A DNA stretch of 58,314 bases, the filler included, from Sphacelaria rigidula (taxonomy: Eukaryota), in assembly GCA_964200075.2 (NCBI GenBank). It is 4 parts of 4 records of this genome, joined end to end, with 100 filler letters (N's around TTAATTAATTAA, not from the genome) between each part and the next. Parts side by side here need not be neighbours in the genome. Positions count along the whole stretch, not along the records: positions 1 to 14,505 come from CAXNAA020002216.1; positions 14,606 to 29,110 come from CAXNAA020002217.1; 2 more parts are not named here. The stretch is one strand, 5' to 3'. The position numbers and the translations under genes were made by a program. This document shows positions 12,723 to 25,000 of this stretch, one piece after another; positions within the stretch are counted from its first letter, which is position 1, and the number at the start of each line of letters is the position of its first letter. Below the pieces are notes generated by a model that did no database searches, was not told where the DNA came from, and was given only the letters and a program-made list of their open reading frames with translations.

Positions 12723-13617
12723 CTACACACAGTTTGCGTTTATAACATTTCATTGGTTCGTGATTCCGGAATTTTGCGCGTATGTACATATCATGTCGCG
12801 TTTGATGGTGCCCTACGCTGGGTCACTCGTTTTCGTCTTTGTTAGAATCGTCCATGTTATTTGGTATTTTTGGTGAACCGAGCTGTATTCAACGTGTACT
12901 CGAGTGGGCATGAAAGTTGTAACATGTTGCTCATGGTCTTACGCTTTACGAGTACGTTGTTGAGTGTCGTCTTGCAATCACACAGGTATCACATCGGCAT
13001 GTGTTGATGCATGCGCTGATATTCGTCGTTCCTGTTTGCAATTTTCACCGTCGCTGCAGTGCGTTTGTGTCATCGCCAACTACGAGAACTTGGGCATACC
13101 AAGTTTTGTCACCAAATACAACGGGAAACCGGTGCTAATCAACAGGAGCGGCAATTGTGAGTTTCTGTTGGTGTCCCTATGTAGGAGTATGCAGCCCACG
13201 AATACTTGTGTTGTATACGGAGTATACCGTATACTTCTATGGCTGAACCTCCACCGACGAATCCGAGTACCTCATAGAAGATATTTCACCTTGAACTTGA
13301 CGCGAGTACTGCTAGAGCGACGACATCCCGCTATTGTTGCACGTTCACCAAGCGCATTCGGCAAAGACCTCGGGGATTCGGTCATGACAGTATACACTCT
13401 ATACATATACACCCTCTGCAACAGGGTCGAAGGCACACTCGAATGCGACGTGCGATTGTTGTGTCAAGGTTCTGTGTTGCCCATACGGTCAGTCAGCGTC
13501 TGGAATTTGTCTGTGCGCTTTTTTTATTCAGGGATACGCGGAGATAACTATTTCGAGAATGACATCAACGTTCACAGGTTCAGCTTCATCGCAAAGAAGG
13601 GTCTGCACTCTCTCAAG
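3565..13617 (+). CDS. PH domain + two putative TM helices + EDR2 C-terminal (DUF1336) domain protein; 11 exons, 3' end not found before the contig end
   Basis: Exons: 3565-3606, 3837-3992, 4306-4500, 8789-9002, 10220-10368, 10530-10771, 11066-11226, 11480-11691, 12176-12313, 13060-13156, 13532-13617. All junctions are phase-compatible (1692 nt, 564 codons), with AG acceptors and GT donors except one GC. PH motifs: GNLQKRRGG...WKKRCFVL...LAYFE...PRGIL...EISRWEEALR. DUF1336 motifs: W-N-N-G-D-SSVFRLRGKGYMQDKMK, GMDVF, LVLNVQLP, RFK, YNGKPVLI, YFENDINVHRF. The start exon is the least certain. Confidence 0.85.
4638..5297. mobile_element. piggyBac-like non-autonomous element (~660 bp) in intron 3
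   Basis: The structure is TTAA|ccctttgggaacc ... ggtaccaaaaggg|TTGA, an 11/13 TIR match with CCC/GGG ends and a TTAA-like target. The left ~120 bp recur in diverged form at ~58096-58215. Confidence 0.6.
5664..6239 (+). mobile_element. MITE-like element family B (~580 bp) in intron 3
   Basis: It starts caagggtctgttgagag, ends gaaagacgcttg and is colinear with 1659-2254. Confidence 0.7.
12661..12718. repeat. (CA)29 microsatellite, intronic
   Basis: A perfect CA run preceded by a C-rich tract, seen directly in the sequence. Confidence 0.95.
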
Positions 13618-14445
13618 GTACGACCCTCCATAGAAAGGCTTGACACTCGAAGCTGTTATCGTTCATATCTTCAACAGTGTTCGCCCACATAGACGGAGTG
13701 CGACTCTCCATGATGAGGATGATCTGTGGTGTATGCTGTCTCGAGCGTGCCGCTTCAAGTCTAGGTCGTCGTTCAGCGCTGTAGCCCATGCAGGAGATCT
13801 TCCAGAGATGAGCAACACAGCTGGTGGTCCGTCCTACCCGACTGGTTCTGGGACACGGCACTAGCTTCCGTTGTGAATCCGCAGTCGGGCTTTCGTGCTT
13901 CCTTATTCAAATGCTTTCGCAGGTTTTTATCGTATTCCCAGTCCATGGAATGTTACAGAAACATGTGCGGGTTTTCAGCAACTGTTCCCCAGGGCCTCGA
14001 AGAATGAAAGCACATGCCATTACCACGGATCATCACTCCGTGAGTGATCATCACCCCACGCGTATACGCAGATAAAAACGTGCTGAAACGAGAGGTGCTT
14101 CTCAAAACGACAAGGACGAGAAGGGCAGCAGTAGCCATAGTCATGGCGACTGTATCCGCGGACAGTGAGATGTAGGCAACATAGCGCAGGCTGCAGCAGA
14201 AACGTCGTCACAGACAGCTGCAAAGTTCAATTGTAGCGCGCAAACGAAGCCTACGTGCTACACCGAGCGCAACACGCCCTACTAGCTGCGTGGCACCATG
14301 AGTAACGGGACACTCGCATTGCGGTCGGAATAGGGTATGCGGAATCCCTGGGGCTCTTTGATGCCCCAGTATGTACACCTACCCCACCCACAGTTTCGTG
14401 AGGGGCGGTCGGCGCAGGCAGCACACACGACGCAACCCCCCCCCC

Positions 14446-14505
14446 TGCTCCGTCTCGAAAGGGATGCGTGGTCAATGGTCAAATGACTAAGGCAAGCAAC
14501 AAATG
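14446..14505 (+). repeat. Dispersed repeat family E fragment at contig end
   Basis: The motif ctccgtctcgaaagggatgcg...aaggcaagcaacaaatg recurs at ~38455-38560 (+) and ~33766-33862 (-). Confidence 0.75.
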
Positions 14506-14605
14506 NNNNNNNNNNNNNNNNNNNNNNNNNNNNNNNNNNNNNNNNNNNNTTAATTAATTAANNNNNNNNNNNNNNNNNNNNNNNNNNNNNNNNNNNNNNN
14601 NNNNN
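14506..14605. other. Artificial contig linker (N44-TTAATTAATTAA-N44)
   Basis: A 100-nt spacer with stop codons in all six frames, identical to the other two linkers. Confidence 0.97.
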
Positions 14606-17600
14606 TCGGAATCGTCAACAGTGAGTTTGGCCACGGAACGATTTTTTTCAAGTCACAGCATGCCCATCTATGTGAACAAGTGGGCAATGAGCACTTGTAT
14701 AAAAAGAAGTGCGGGAGCCCTGGCTGGTTTTGGACCCAGTCAAGTGTGCGCACGTTCTCGCTGAGTCATTTTCGTCGGGTACAGGGTTTTCATGCTCTGC
14801 AAGTGGAGCACGCGACTCACCACTACCACCGTGATATATGCAATTGAAGCGCCGCCTGCTCATGCTTCCGCAGCCTCGGTACTTCGGGGCAGTGTTGGTA
14901 CACCTCCAGGATGTTTTGGTGTCGCACGCATGTCACATCGTCTAACTCCACTCCACTGTACCGTACGCACAAAATTTTCTCATCAGCGGGTGGTAACTAT
15001 AGTACAAAACACTGCTATCGCTCTCCACCATACCTGCCGCCTTTTGTGTTTTACAGTACTTTTATTCTTTACCTGCTTCGTGTTCTCCGACAAACGCAGT
15101 ACTTGTACCGTGTGCGGCTATGTCAACCGCACAAGAGGGGGCAAGCAGGGAGCAAAGACTGCGCACAGGGCAAACTGTGCCTGCTTTTTCGAGTTGAGCT
15201 TTCACGGTAAAAGTGGTCATATACAGCTTCACCGCCAAGTGGGCGATATTGAGCGATTTGAAGGGGAACACAACGGATCATTTGACAATTCAAGACCAAC
15301 GTGACTCCACTCCCTTCAGGCCTGTTTCCCGATCTAGACACTTCCTGGGAATAAAGGTGGGTGATCTGGGAAGCTTTCTCCGATGATCTGAGAATCTGCG
15401 CCCCCCACCGTTCAAAAAGCCCCCCTACCCCCCCCGCCCCTTTGGAAACTCCTGGAGTGTCTGGTGCGATACTGTCCCGAGACGAAGTTGGCGATGAAAA
15501 TGCTAGGTGCGAGGTGTTTGTGGACCTCTTCACCACAGGAGTAGCTGTGTAGAGAAAAAGATACAAGGTTGAACACACTGGCACACGCAAACTCGAGTGA
15601 CATTAGGTTGACTGCTTCATGGTCAAAGTGGGAACATCGTGGGCATCAGACCTATTCAGGACAAGTATCACCCGCTGATCTTCAACGCAGGTGAACTTGG
15701 CGCACTATAATACGAACCCGAGCAGCTCCTTTTTTTCGGATACGGGAGTAGCGAAACGAACTAGGATATAAATCACAGTCTCGTGAGTGAGGTTGGTGAA
15801 GTCACGGCAAAGTTTGTGCGAGAAAATAACAAAGCTCCGCTCCTTCTGCTAGCACCCAACCCCGATGGCACGATACGGAGTATGCCCGGCTACCCAACCC
15901 CTGACTGACTACATATTGATGTTCATTCTCTGTGGTCTACCCAGGGGGTTCGGCACCCAAGAAGCTAATTCGAATTGGCACTGGTTCGGACCGGTGCTTC
16001 GGGGAATACAAGAGGAACGGATGTGGTACAAAGATATCTTGAACAACATTACGCATGGTGCAGGTGTATCACCAAATTCTCGTGCTAATGCGCTGCCAAC
16101 GCAATACAGCACCCGGTTGCCATATAGCACATCGGTCTGCATCCGTATACATGTGCAGACCCTGCTCGTGCGGTGAAAATCAAAATTACCTGATCTTGGA
16201 GACCCAAGGATCTGGAGAAGGGCGTGCTCGTGTTGATGCGATCATGCGTAGAAAAAGCGGCCGTCCAAAAATCACGCAGTCTGCAGGATTTGAAAGAGAG
16301 CAATGGACACGGTTCATCCTTGGAAAAGTATTCAATAAATCGCCGAGCAAGAATAGTCTATGATCGAATCCAACCCGGCACGAACGAAACCAAACACCAC
16401 TGCGACAGTCCCCGAGCCGTGTGTGCTGCTGTATGTATAGTGGCATCGGTGAGCATGTGAAATGCCCAAGAATTGCGGGGCAGTTTGAAAACCATGACGA
16501 TGTTCGCTCGTCTTACGGTGCGTGTTATGAACCGACTCTTCAATGGAATCCTTACCCATAACCAGCGGTAACTTCGTAAGGGATGTCGATCACATCTCCA
16601 GGACGCGAGCGCTTGAGATTGACAGCATGCTCCAAGATCTGAGAGTGGACGGACGGGGGTCAGCGACGTAAATTCTTGCGCTCAGCGCGTAGGGTCAACT
16701 CGCAGGAGGTTCAACTTGCAACTTGAGGGAATCAACAACAGCACATCACGCTGCGTAACTCTCGGTACAGCACAGCAGTTGCATAACAACAATAGCACCC
16801 TGTTTTAAATAGACGAATACCGGGCCTTCGTGAGGTACACAGACAGTGCCATCGTTGAAGTACTGCGCCGAGTCTTGAGCACGCGAGGAATCGGCCGATG
16901 CTCCTAATACATTATTGCATACTGAGACGAGGATGCAACCTATTGCGAGCATCCTAGTTTGCTACAACTTGTACTGCAAGAACTGTTCTTCGAACAAGCT
17001 GTAGGTTTTGCTGTGGGTGGGTGTGCCACGCTCTTGTTCCATCACCTCTCCTGTGACAGCTCCTGAGTAAGGTGGTGGAACTTCATCAAATGCAGCGTAG
17101 AAGCTTGATATACGACGGCATGCCGGCTGCTTGTGGAAGATAGGAGCGGCTGATCGTCTCAGCATCATGACACGGTATCAACCCTGCTCTCACACAAGTT
17201 TTCGTTGTTACCACCACAGCTAATCGCGTTGGACAATGACCACGTCATGCGTGCAAATATACTTCTATTAAATGTGTTCGGGTTTGGCATCCATTTCTTG
17301 ATTTCTTTTCTATATATATTCTTAGTCTTTGACAACCAGGAGACAGTAAAAATTAAATATGGATAAAGAGCTCTCAACGCCCTTGCACCAACACGATTGG
17401 CTAGCTTTTACACGAGCCATTTGATACACCAAGCAGACGGAACATCTCGGAATATCCGACATGCTATTTCTTGCTCCATGAAGAGGACGCCTTAGCGCAC
17501 AAACTTATGCGCCCCCTTTTTCTGATCCTTGACACATAACGCTTCGAACACTCAATGCTTTCATGAAATTTGATACTCCAAGCCCTGGACAAAAATAGAG

Positions 17601-19080
17601 AACAGAGCCCCACGCCCATGCACCCATGCCAGTCAGTCGCGCTCTCGCTAAACATCTAGATCTTAGACAACAGCGCAACGACATATGATGTCGCTTCTTC
17701 ATTGATCGTCCGCACACCACAACTTGCTACAACACACCGAGACAATCTGTATTCCCACCGAGACAAGCAGGTGTACTAATCGGCGAAGCCTTGTGTCATC
17801 ATTGTCTCCCTGTGCCATCCCTGCTTAGTTAGATCCTCCATCATGATCTGCTGTGGTTATAATTAGTTGACTTCAATCACAACCTCTGTCCGGGTTCGCT
17901 CTCACGAAATAATCAACGAAGGGTTTGGATGATCATGAGATTCCGAATCTTCAAACGCCTGAAAAAATAATCTCGCGCCGTTCAAAAAAATGTTAATATT
18001 TTGCATTAAAAATCCCTTCCGGCATTATAGGGTCTCCAAAACATTTTTAGGCGTGTTTTGAGGAAGTCCACAATTTCGTTCATAGAAACAGGCGGGCGGC
18101 CGTTTCCATGTCATTATTACACCTCTCTCCCTGAAACGACACACCCAAGTATTGCACATAGCGTGTTACACATAACGTTTCACACTTGCAGCTAGGGCAA
18201 ACCTCTGCCCCAGCGCGTCGAGGCTATCCCTCGCTAGCCGCTGGCTGGCGTTTGATCGACGCTTGGCACTATCCATCTCCACGGCACTTGTCCGGTCACG
18301 CAAAACTCGGACAAAAAAGGCAGCCGCTGTATCTGTTGGGGGGCCCTTTGGAGGGTGGGTGCGAGAGCCGGAAACACTGACCAACGCAACGGTATAAGCG
18401 ATGCACGACAGTCACAGGTGACAACGTACACAGACAAGAGGGGGACGGAGGGCGGATATAGGGCAGGGGATGAAGAGGGCCTTGTAGAATGCGGACAATA
18501 TTGAGGAAGATGTTTCCTGTTTAGTTGTGGTCAATCTTTGTTGGTGTGTTGATTTGTTTTGCCCCCGATGAAATGTGTGTACACGGGTTGTGGTGACTGG
18601 AGAGGCCAACTGATCGCAAAACCGCCATTTTGTACCGTACTCGAGTACTGTACAGTAAGTACAGTACACTACAGCCAATATTATGTTTTTTTATTGCGGA
18701 GTTTCGCACGAACGAAAGGTCGCAACACGCGCCCGCCTATTCAATTACCTTGCAAGATGTATAGGGGTGTGTTTCATGTATCGTTGCGGAGCTTGTGGTT
18801 TCGGGTAGATACAGCATGGTGCCGCCCGGAACGGTGCTCTACGCATGCGACGAGAGTGCGCGTCCGCGATGGACGCAGTTGTGTCTGTATGGGGTTGTCG
18901 TGTGTCACGGCTAGCCAAAATTGGTCTTTCTCTCTCTTGCTGTGTTTTGTTTTTGATGCAATGCCCCATCCTTTGTATTGTGGATGTCGGAGTTGGGAGG
19001 GCCGGTGAAATTTTACAATTTTGTCTGACTCCTGTTTTCAAATTGATCGTGTTTTGTCGCAACTCTGTGCTCACGGGCAG

Positions 19081-22000
19081 GCGATGCGAATTCGCAGGGT
19101 GCACCAAATGGCCCTTGTATGCTTTCGAGGGCGAGAAGGCCAAGTATTGTTCACAGCACAAGGTCAGTCGTGGCGTTTCCCACTGTTTTCAAGAAATACG
19201 ACAGGCCTTCGTGGAAGTAATTCTCAGCCCTCCACCTTGGTGAACTTCTCAGTTCGAAATAGACGGGTGGTGGCACGAAAAGACCATTTACAGACAGGGT
19301 CCGCTTGTCTTTTTTTTTCATACATTGATCATTCAAGCGTGCTGTGTCGGAGACAAACGCATTGCTGATGTGAGATTTCGTGCAAATGCGCTCGACTCTA
19401 TTTTTGTATCTTCACTCATCCGTGTTGTATATACTGTCGGTACACCACTGTATTCGGTGCAGTGGGCAAGGTTCAAAGTTTCCCAAGACCAGTCGGCGTA
19501 CAGCATCACCAACAGGTTGTCACAGGTTTTGTGGAAGGCCCATCTTGTCGCTGTTGGGGTTTCTTGTAACATTGTTAAGTGTTCTGCTGTCGACGTCTCC
19601 GCCCATGATGATGTACAGGATGAGGGTATGGTGGACGTGCGAAGCCGTCGCTGTCAGGAGCCGTCATGCACTCGGCAGCCCAGCTTCGGGTTTGAGCACC
19701 AAAAACCCAGGTGCCGATGATTTCAATGGCTTACGGCTCCATGTCGAAGGATATCGCGCCGACACCCGATATATTCTACCCTGGGACGAAGAACAATGCA
19801 TGCACACGGTTGCATGTGTTGTTCGATTGACATATACTGTTGTAGGATTGACAAGCTACGGTCACAACACGCGTCATTGTCCGCACGTAGCAGTGGTCAA
19901 CTAGAAGGCGGGCTGTCCGATAATTCAAATGTACTACTTGTGGAGAACCGGGCATTTTTTTGCGCGGGTTTTTGTCTGTTGCCGGATTTTTCACATAAGG
20001 TTTTGCGGTCGCGACTTGGTGCAGGAATGAAATGGCGCACCAGCGTATTCACGTGTGCGCGTCATAGTTTACGCATTGGGACAAACAATAGTCTCTGAGG
20101 ACAGGTTGTCGAAGATCAGACGAGAGCTACTGTTTCCTCAATTCCATATCCTCTGTAATGGGGCAGCTGCTGTTCGCAATGCACGGTCGAGACGCGAAAC
20201 TTTTATATGAAGTACTGTGTATCCACCGGCTTTTTCCATATACTGCTCCACCCCCTCCCCAGCGTACGGCTTCCGTCCCCAGATGTCATGTTCTCTCGTG
20301 AGTGGCATATAAAGCTTTTTTCGCCCTCTCGGAACGAGGTTGTTGGTTGTCTTTCCTTTCAGGCCTTGAAAAGTCACGAAGGCAACCATACCGGCACAAC
20401 TTGAAGTCGGGAAGGCAAGTACATGTAACACACAGGAGCCCGATTTGTGGTCGGCGTACCGGCAATGCCAGACGCGACGCCAGCCGACGTGGATGGGAAT
20501 GCGAGCATTTGCCCCTGTTGGGGATGTTTTCTGCGCGCCCACATGAAGAACATCACTATAGAAAAATGTTGTGTAACCTCAAAAATGTTACTGCGAGTTT
20601 GTCTAATCTTGAAAGGCAAGCTTTCGTGAGTTAATTGTCGGTGTTGACCCGCGCGTTCATATTTTTTACTCTGCGTGATTGGGGTCTCCTCAGTGATGCG
20701 CATGTTGTTGTGCGCGCATTTGTGCATGCCCAGCCTTCGACTGGCTGGTGTAACGGCACGTAGCCAATGTCAGTGTGTCGTGGTCGTGCCCAGATTCAAA
20801 GTCGTGTGGTTTGAGGGTGCTGAGCTACATGAACTCTCACTGGTATAAATGTTCGGGTCAAGGCTCATTCTGTTTGATTCTTCGTCGGGCCTTGATCGGT
20901 TGGCCCGTTTTCTCCATCGCCGTGATCCTTTTTTTTCTGGTTTCAGAAAGGGGAACCCACCGTCTGTTGGTTGTCACGTGACACTCACTGGTTGTTTGGT
21001 CTCTTTCCGTCTCTGTGGGTCTTCGTTTTATCGCGGTCGACTATTGGTACTCTGCAGGTTCTGCGCTGCCCACAAAGATGAAGGCATGGTTGATGTGGTT
21101 AGCAGAAGATGCGAAGAACCAGAATGCCGCAGGCGCCCGCTGTATGGTCATGAAGGAGAGAAAGGCCGCTTCTGTTCGTACCACAAGGTGATTTTGAGTA
21201 TTTGAACATGCTCGATGTCAACCCCCCTTCCCCATCTGTCCCCCCCGCCCTTGCAACACTGAACAGTGCTGACAACTGGCGGTCATCCCAACAGCGACCT
21301 CGTGACGCTGTTGATGGACGAAAAGAGGAGGCTTGGTCATCATCAGCTGCCTGGACCACATCAAAGGGCTATACTTTACTGACTGCCCTTCATGACAAAT
21401 GACCGACACACATCTAGGTTCCGAGGATTGTTTGGCCTGTGCGCTGCGCGTGTACCGGAGATCCCGGCGGTTCCGTTTCATGACAAACGACCGACACACC
21501 TAAATTCCGAGGATTGTTTGGCTTGTGCGCTGCGCGTGTACCGGAGATCCCGGCGGTTCCGTGGATCCGTCGGCGTTCTATATACCCGTCGGCATTCTGT
21601 GACCCGTCGGCTTCCCTAGAACGCGTGATTAAACTCGATAGATATGGGGGGCGATACACCCGAAGGAATCTCTCGCCTCGCTGCTTCCACTACTCAGAAA
21701 CTTTCGTGTGGAGCACGATAAATCTCTCATACACATCAGCACTATTTCGCTTGCTGTGTCATTTGGAACGATTTTTGCGCGGCAAACCCGCCCCCTGCTC
21801 GTTGTCGTGGGCGATGCGTAATTTCGTACCGGATGCCGCTTATCCCCGGTCTACCAACAGCCGCAAAGTCTCGAGTGTTGTGGCTTCACGGAGACTAGGA
21901 CTGACCGCCACGACTGACCATGAGTTTCCTCACGTATGTCGCCTCTCCGGTAGAATGACCCCACTTCAGTGAGAGTGAGCAACGGTCGAACACATCTACT

Positions 22001-25000
22001 TGGCTTGTCTGAATTCATCATGTTCGGGTCTTTACGAGGTCAATAATCCCTGTCATTCCCCAGGCATATGAGCGCGCGTGCACAGCACGACTCCGAGCTC
22101 AACTCGGCATGAACGGCTGGAGGATTCTTGGTCTGCTCGGAGTGGGGGTTGGGGTTTGACAAACATTGGGCATGTATCGAACATCGCTTATTTTCGCGAC
22201 AGGAGTAAACGCCCCTCGTTGCTCGATAGTCCGTGCTCAATCAATTTTCGTTCGTGTGATGAAACTGTCTGGGGGAATATGAAACAATCAGAGCGAGGGC
22301 ATGGTGGATGTGGTGAACAAACGATGTCAGCACGTGGGGTGCAAGAAGCGGCCGGTGTTTGGCTTCGAGGGCGAGAAAGGACGCTTCTGCTCGCTGCATC
22401 GATCTGGGGTGAGCGGTAGACATGCAGATATTGCTGTGTGATACCACACATAAAAGTTGATATCACACACGGAATAGTGTTGAGCTGAATTTGGATCAAA
22501 GTGTAAAACGTCGGGCGTGTAGAGCTCCATCGTGTCGAGAGTAAATGTTCTGGAAATGCATGACACCGGAGATCCGGCATTGGAAGCGAACGAACCCCCC
22601 GATGGTTTTTTTTTGTGCACCTCGCTCCCTCGGAAGCTTTTTATGGCGGAGTATTTGGCAGAAGGATAGAGACGATGCCATGGACAAAAAAGACTATTCC
22701 ATCTATGACCTCACGAGGTTGTAGATATCCCATCATCCGATGGTCGTGTCGCAGATTGCGGTTTCGCTGTTTAGGTTGCGTGACCAAGGTCGGACAGCGC
22801 ACGGTGTTCAACATCATCGTATGTCAGTGAGAACCTCGTGATTCCCCCGCACCTGGTTCTCTCAGAGGTTGTTGTCCCCCTTTTACGGGGGACAACAACA
22901 GTGTATCATACATGGTGCTGAATTTTCCAATGCATGAAGAGTGCTGCTCTTCGGCAGTTTGGGGGCATCGACTCCTAGTACAGGGACAATCGACCGTGAA
23001 CAAGCTGTACGGATGTTCCCTTGGGGGCGTTCATTCCAATGTAATCGGTTTTGCTGACAAGCTGCATACGTAGCCGTTGGAGGAGAATTGGGCCATTTTT
23101 TATGACGGCGTTGTAGATGTCGCGGGTCGTGGCGTGCTATGGCCGCGATGTGAAGTCATCGAAAACAGTCGTAAATCTCTCTTGTGCGCGTGTAATCAGT
23201 GCCTTTAGCTTAGTGCAATACGTTCGGTACCCGTGGTGAACGGTATCTTGTGGTTCATACCCCAGACTACAGTCCAATGGATGTGGTCTGTTAATTTTCT
23301 TCTTGGAGCACCTTGTCTCCCTGACAGATATTCGTAGCAGTTTTTATTTTGCTGTTGGTTGTACGATTCCTCTACAGTTTGTGCTCCAAAATCGCTGCAA
23401 ACAGGCATCTTGTTGACGGGTAGGTATTTTTTTACTCATCGGACGTTACATGCAGATGTTGCGCCGCGGGGTGCGAAACGTGCGGGCTCTTTCCCCCCGT
23501 CGGCATTAGTGTTTCGCAGATTTTCAGGAACCCCACAACACGCCAGGGCAAAGTCGACAGAAGACACATGACTTGTTGGAGGATATGCCACCTTTTTTAG
23601 TGCTCCTTCCTTGTGCATTGTTCTCGCTGTGTTCGTTGGGAAGGACGGGGCGGGAAAAGGAGGTCAGCCGGAGGGACCGTTGGAAAATGACACGAAGCAC
23701 GGAATACTTGATGTTTGGTCATGCTTCGTGGCGCGGTGATAGTATGTCAAAAGTATACGTTCAACTAATTTCGCGAAAAAAAACCGCTGGTCACCGCAAA
23801 GCTTATGAAAATACCAAATTATGCAAGATGGCTTCGAAGAACTAATTCCGCCACTGAGGGTTTTAGACGGCCCATAAACCCCCGCAAACCCCGCATGTCC
23901 CGTTCATAAGAGGCTAAAAAGCCTTGTGAAGTTGTCTCACGACCATATTCGCGGGCGTATTTTCAAGGTAGTCCTCGGTCGTCACACGATCCGAAGTTTC
24001 CGCAACATCCAGCCTCGCTGCGCCCTGTGGGCCTATGCCACTCTCTCTCTCGCACGAATTCGAGGCATATTGTACATGTGCCAATTACGGAAAGAAATGT
24101 CACACGCGCCACTGTCTCCCTCGTTCACGCGTTGCTCCTATTGGCGGACGATGGTTCACTTTACGGAGGGAGTTCATGTCGACTTGACCTGACTTTTAGA
24201 AACTCTTGAGTTCGTTTTGAAGCAAGGTAGCTGTAGTTCCTGGACGAACGTGGCCGCAAATATGAATCGTGTCCTCGCGGTCGCTCTGCAGCTATTGCTG
24301 CCAGCGTAACTCTTCCCGTTCAACTGCCGACAGTTTTTTTCCGGTGCAACATTGCGTCCTGTAGGAGGGTGGAAAATGACGCGCCGCGTAGTATGTAGTG
24401 CGCTTGCGTATTCAGTGATGCCTTGACCATTCTGGAAAAAAAAAAGAACTCATGAACGCCACTTATTCCCCATGAAACATCGTGTACTAGCACAGCAATA
24501 TATCATGTGTGCACAAGAAATGGTCGCGGAAGCATGAAGAATGACCCAGGATAGTTGAAACATCACCCTTGTTGTGCACACGTGCTTATTGAAAGTTGGC
24601 ACCGTACCACTTTTCTTCGACATCCTGGAAAAGTCGACGACTGATATCCCCACTTCCCAGCTCCGGGGAAACTTTTCAGCGTGAGGTACTACTGATGTAC
24701 AATCTTTGACAGCCCGTCGAAACAGCGTTTTGGAAGGGGGTGAGATTTATCATCCCCCATTTCTTGCGTGTTCGCCGTCATTTGGCACCACTGATTGCCC
24801 CCATCGCATCAACTCGATGGCACGGATTTCACTCAATCGGATATTGAAGCGCTCCTGATCAACTGCTCTGATATTGTAGCGAGATGTTTCGGAGGAAAAA
24901 AATGAAGACCCGGCCCGTGAGAGGTGCACGTCTAATCTGTTCCTCATTTTTCTTCCGACAGTTTTGTTCTCAGCGGAAGAATATATTAAACGGAGAATTC

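Noticed and set aside
12396..12876. HTHTHT / CVCVCV ORFs
   Set aside because: They are translations of the intronic (CA)n microsatellite.
12964..13692. 242-aa ORF as a single-exon gene
   Set aside because: It contains two real DUF1336 exons joined by an intron that happens to be open in frame.
14550..14561. TTAATTAATTAA palindrome (also at 29155 and 43758) as a biological motif
   Set aside because: It is embedded in fixed-length N runs and is an assembly linker.
15400..18276. Divergent minus-strand gene (MDSAKRRSN... at 18276-18203; exon-like segment near 15545-15408)
   Set aside because: Splice signals are plausible, but the phases do not join directly and no domain is recognisable, so I cannot support a model.
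21391..21562. CRISPR-like array
   Set aside because: It is two abutting units with no spacers, in a eukaryotic intron, with no cas genes.
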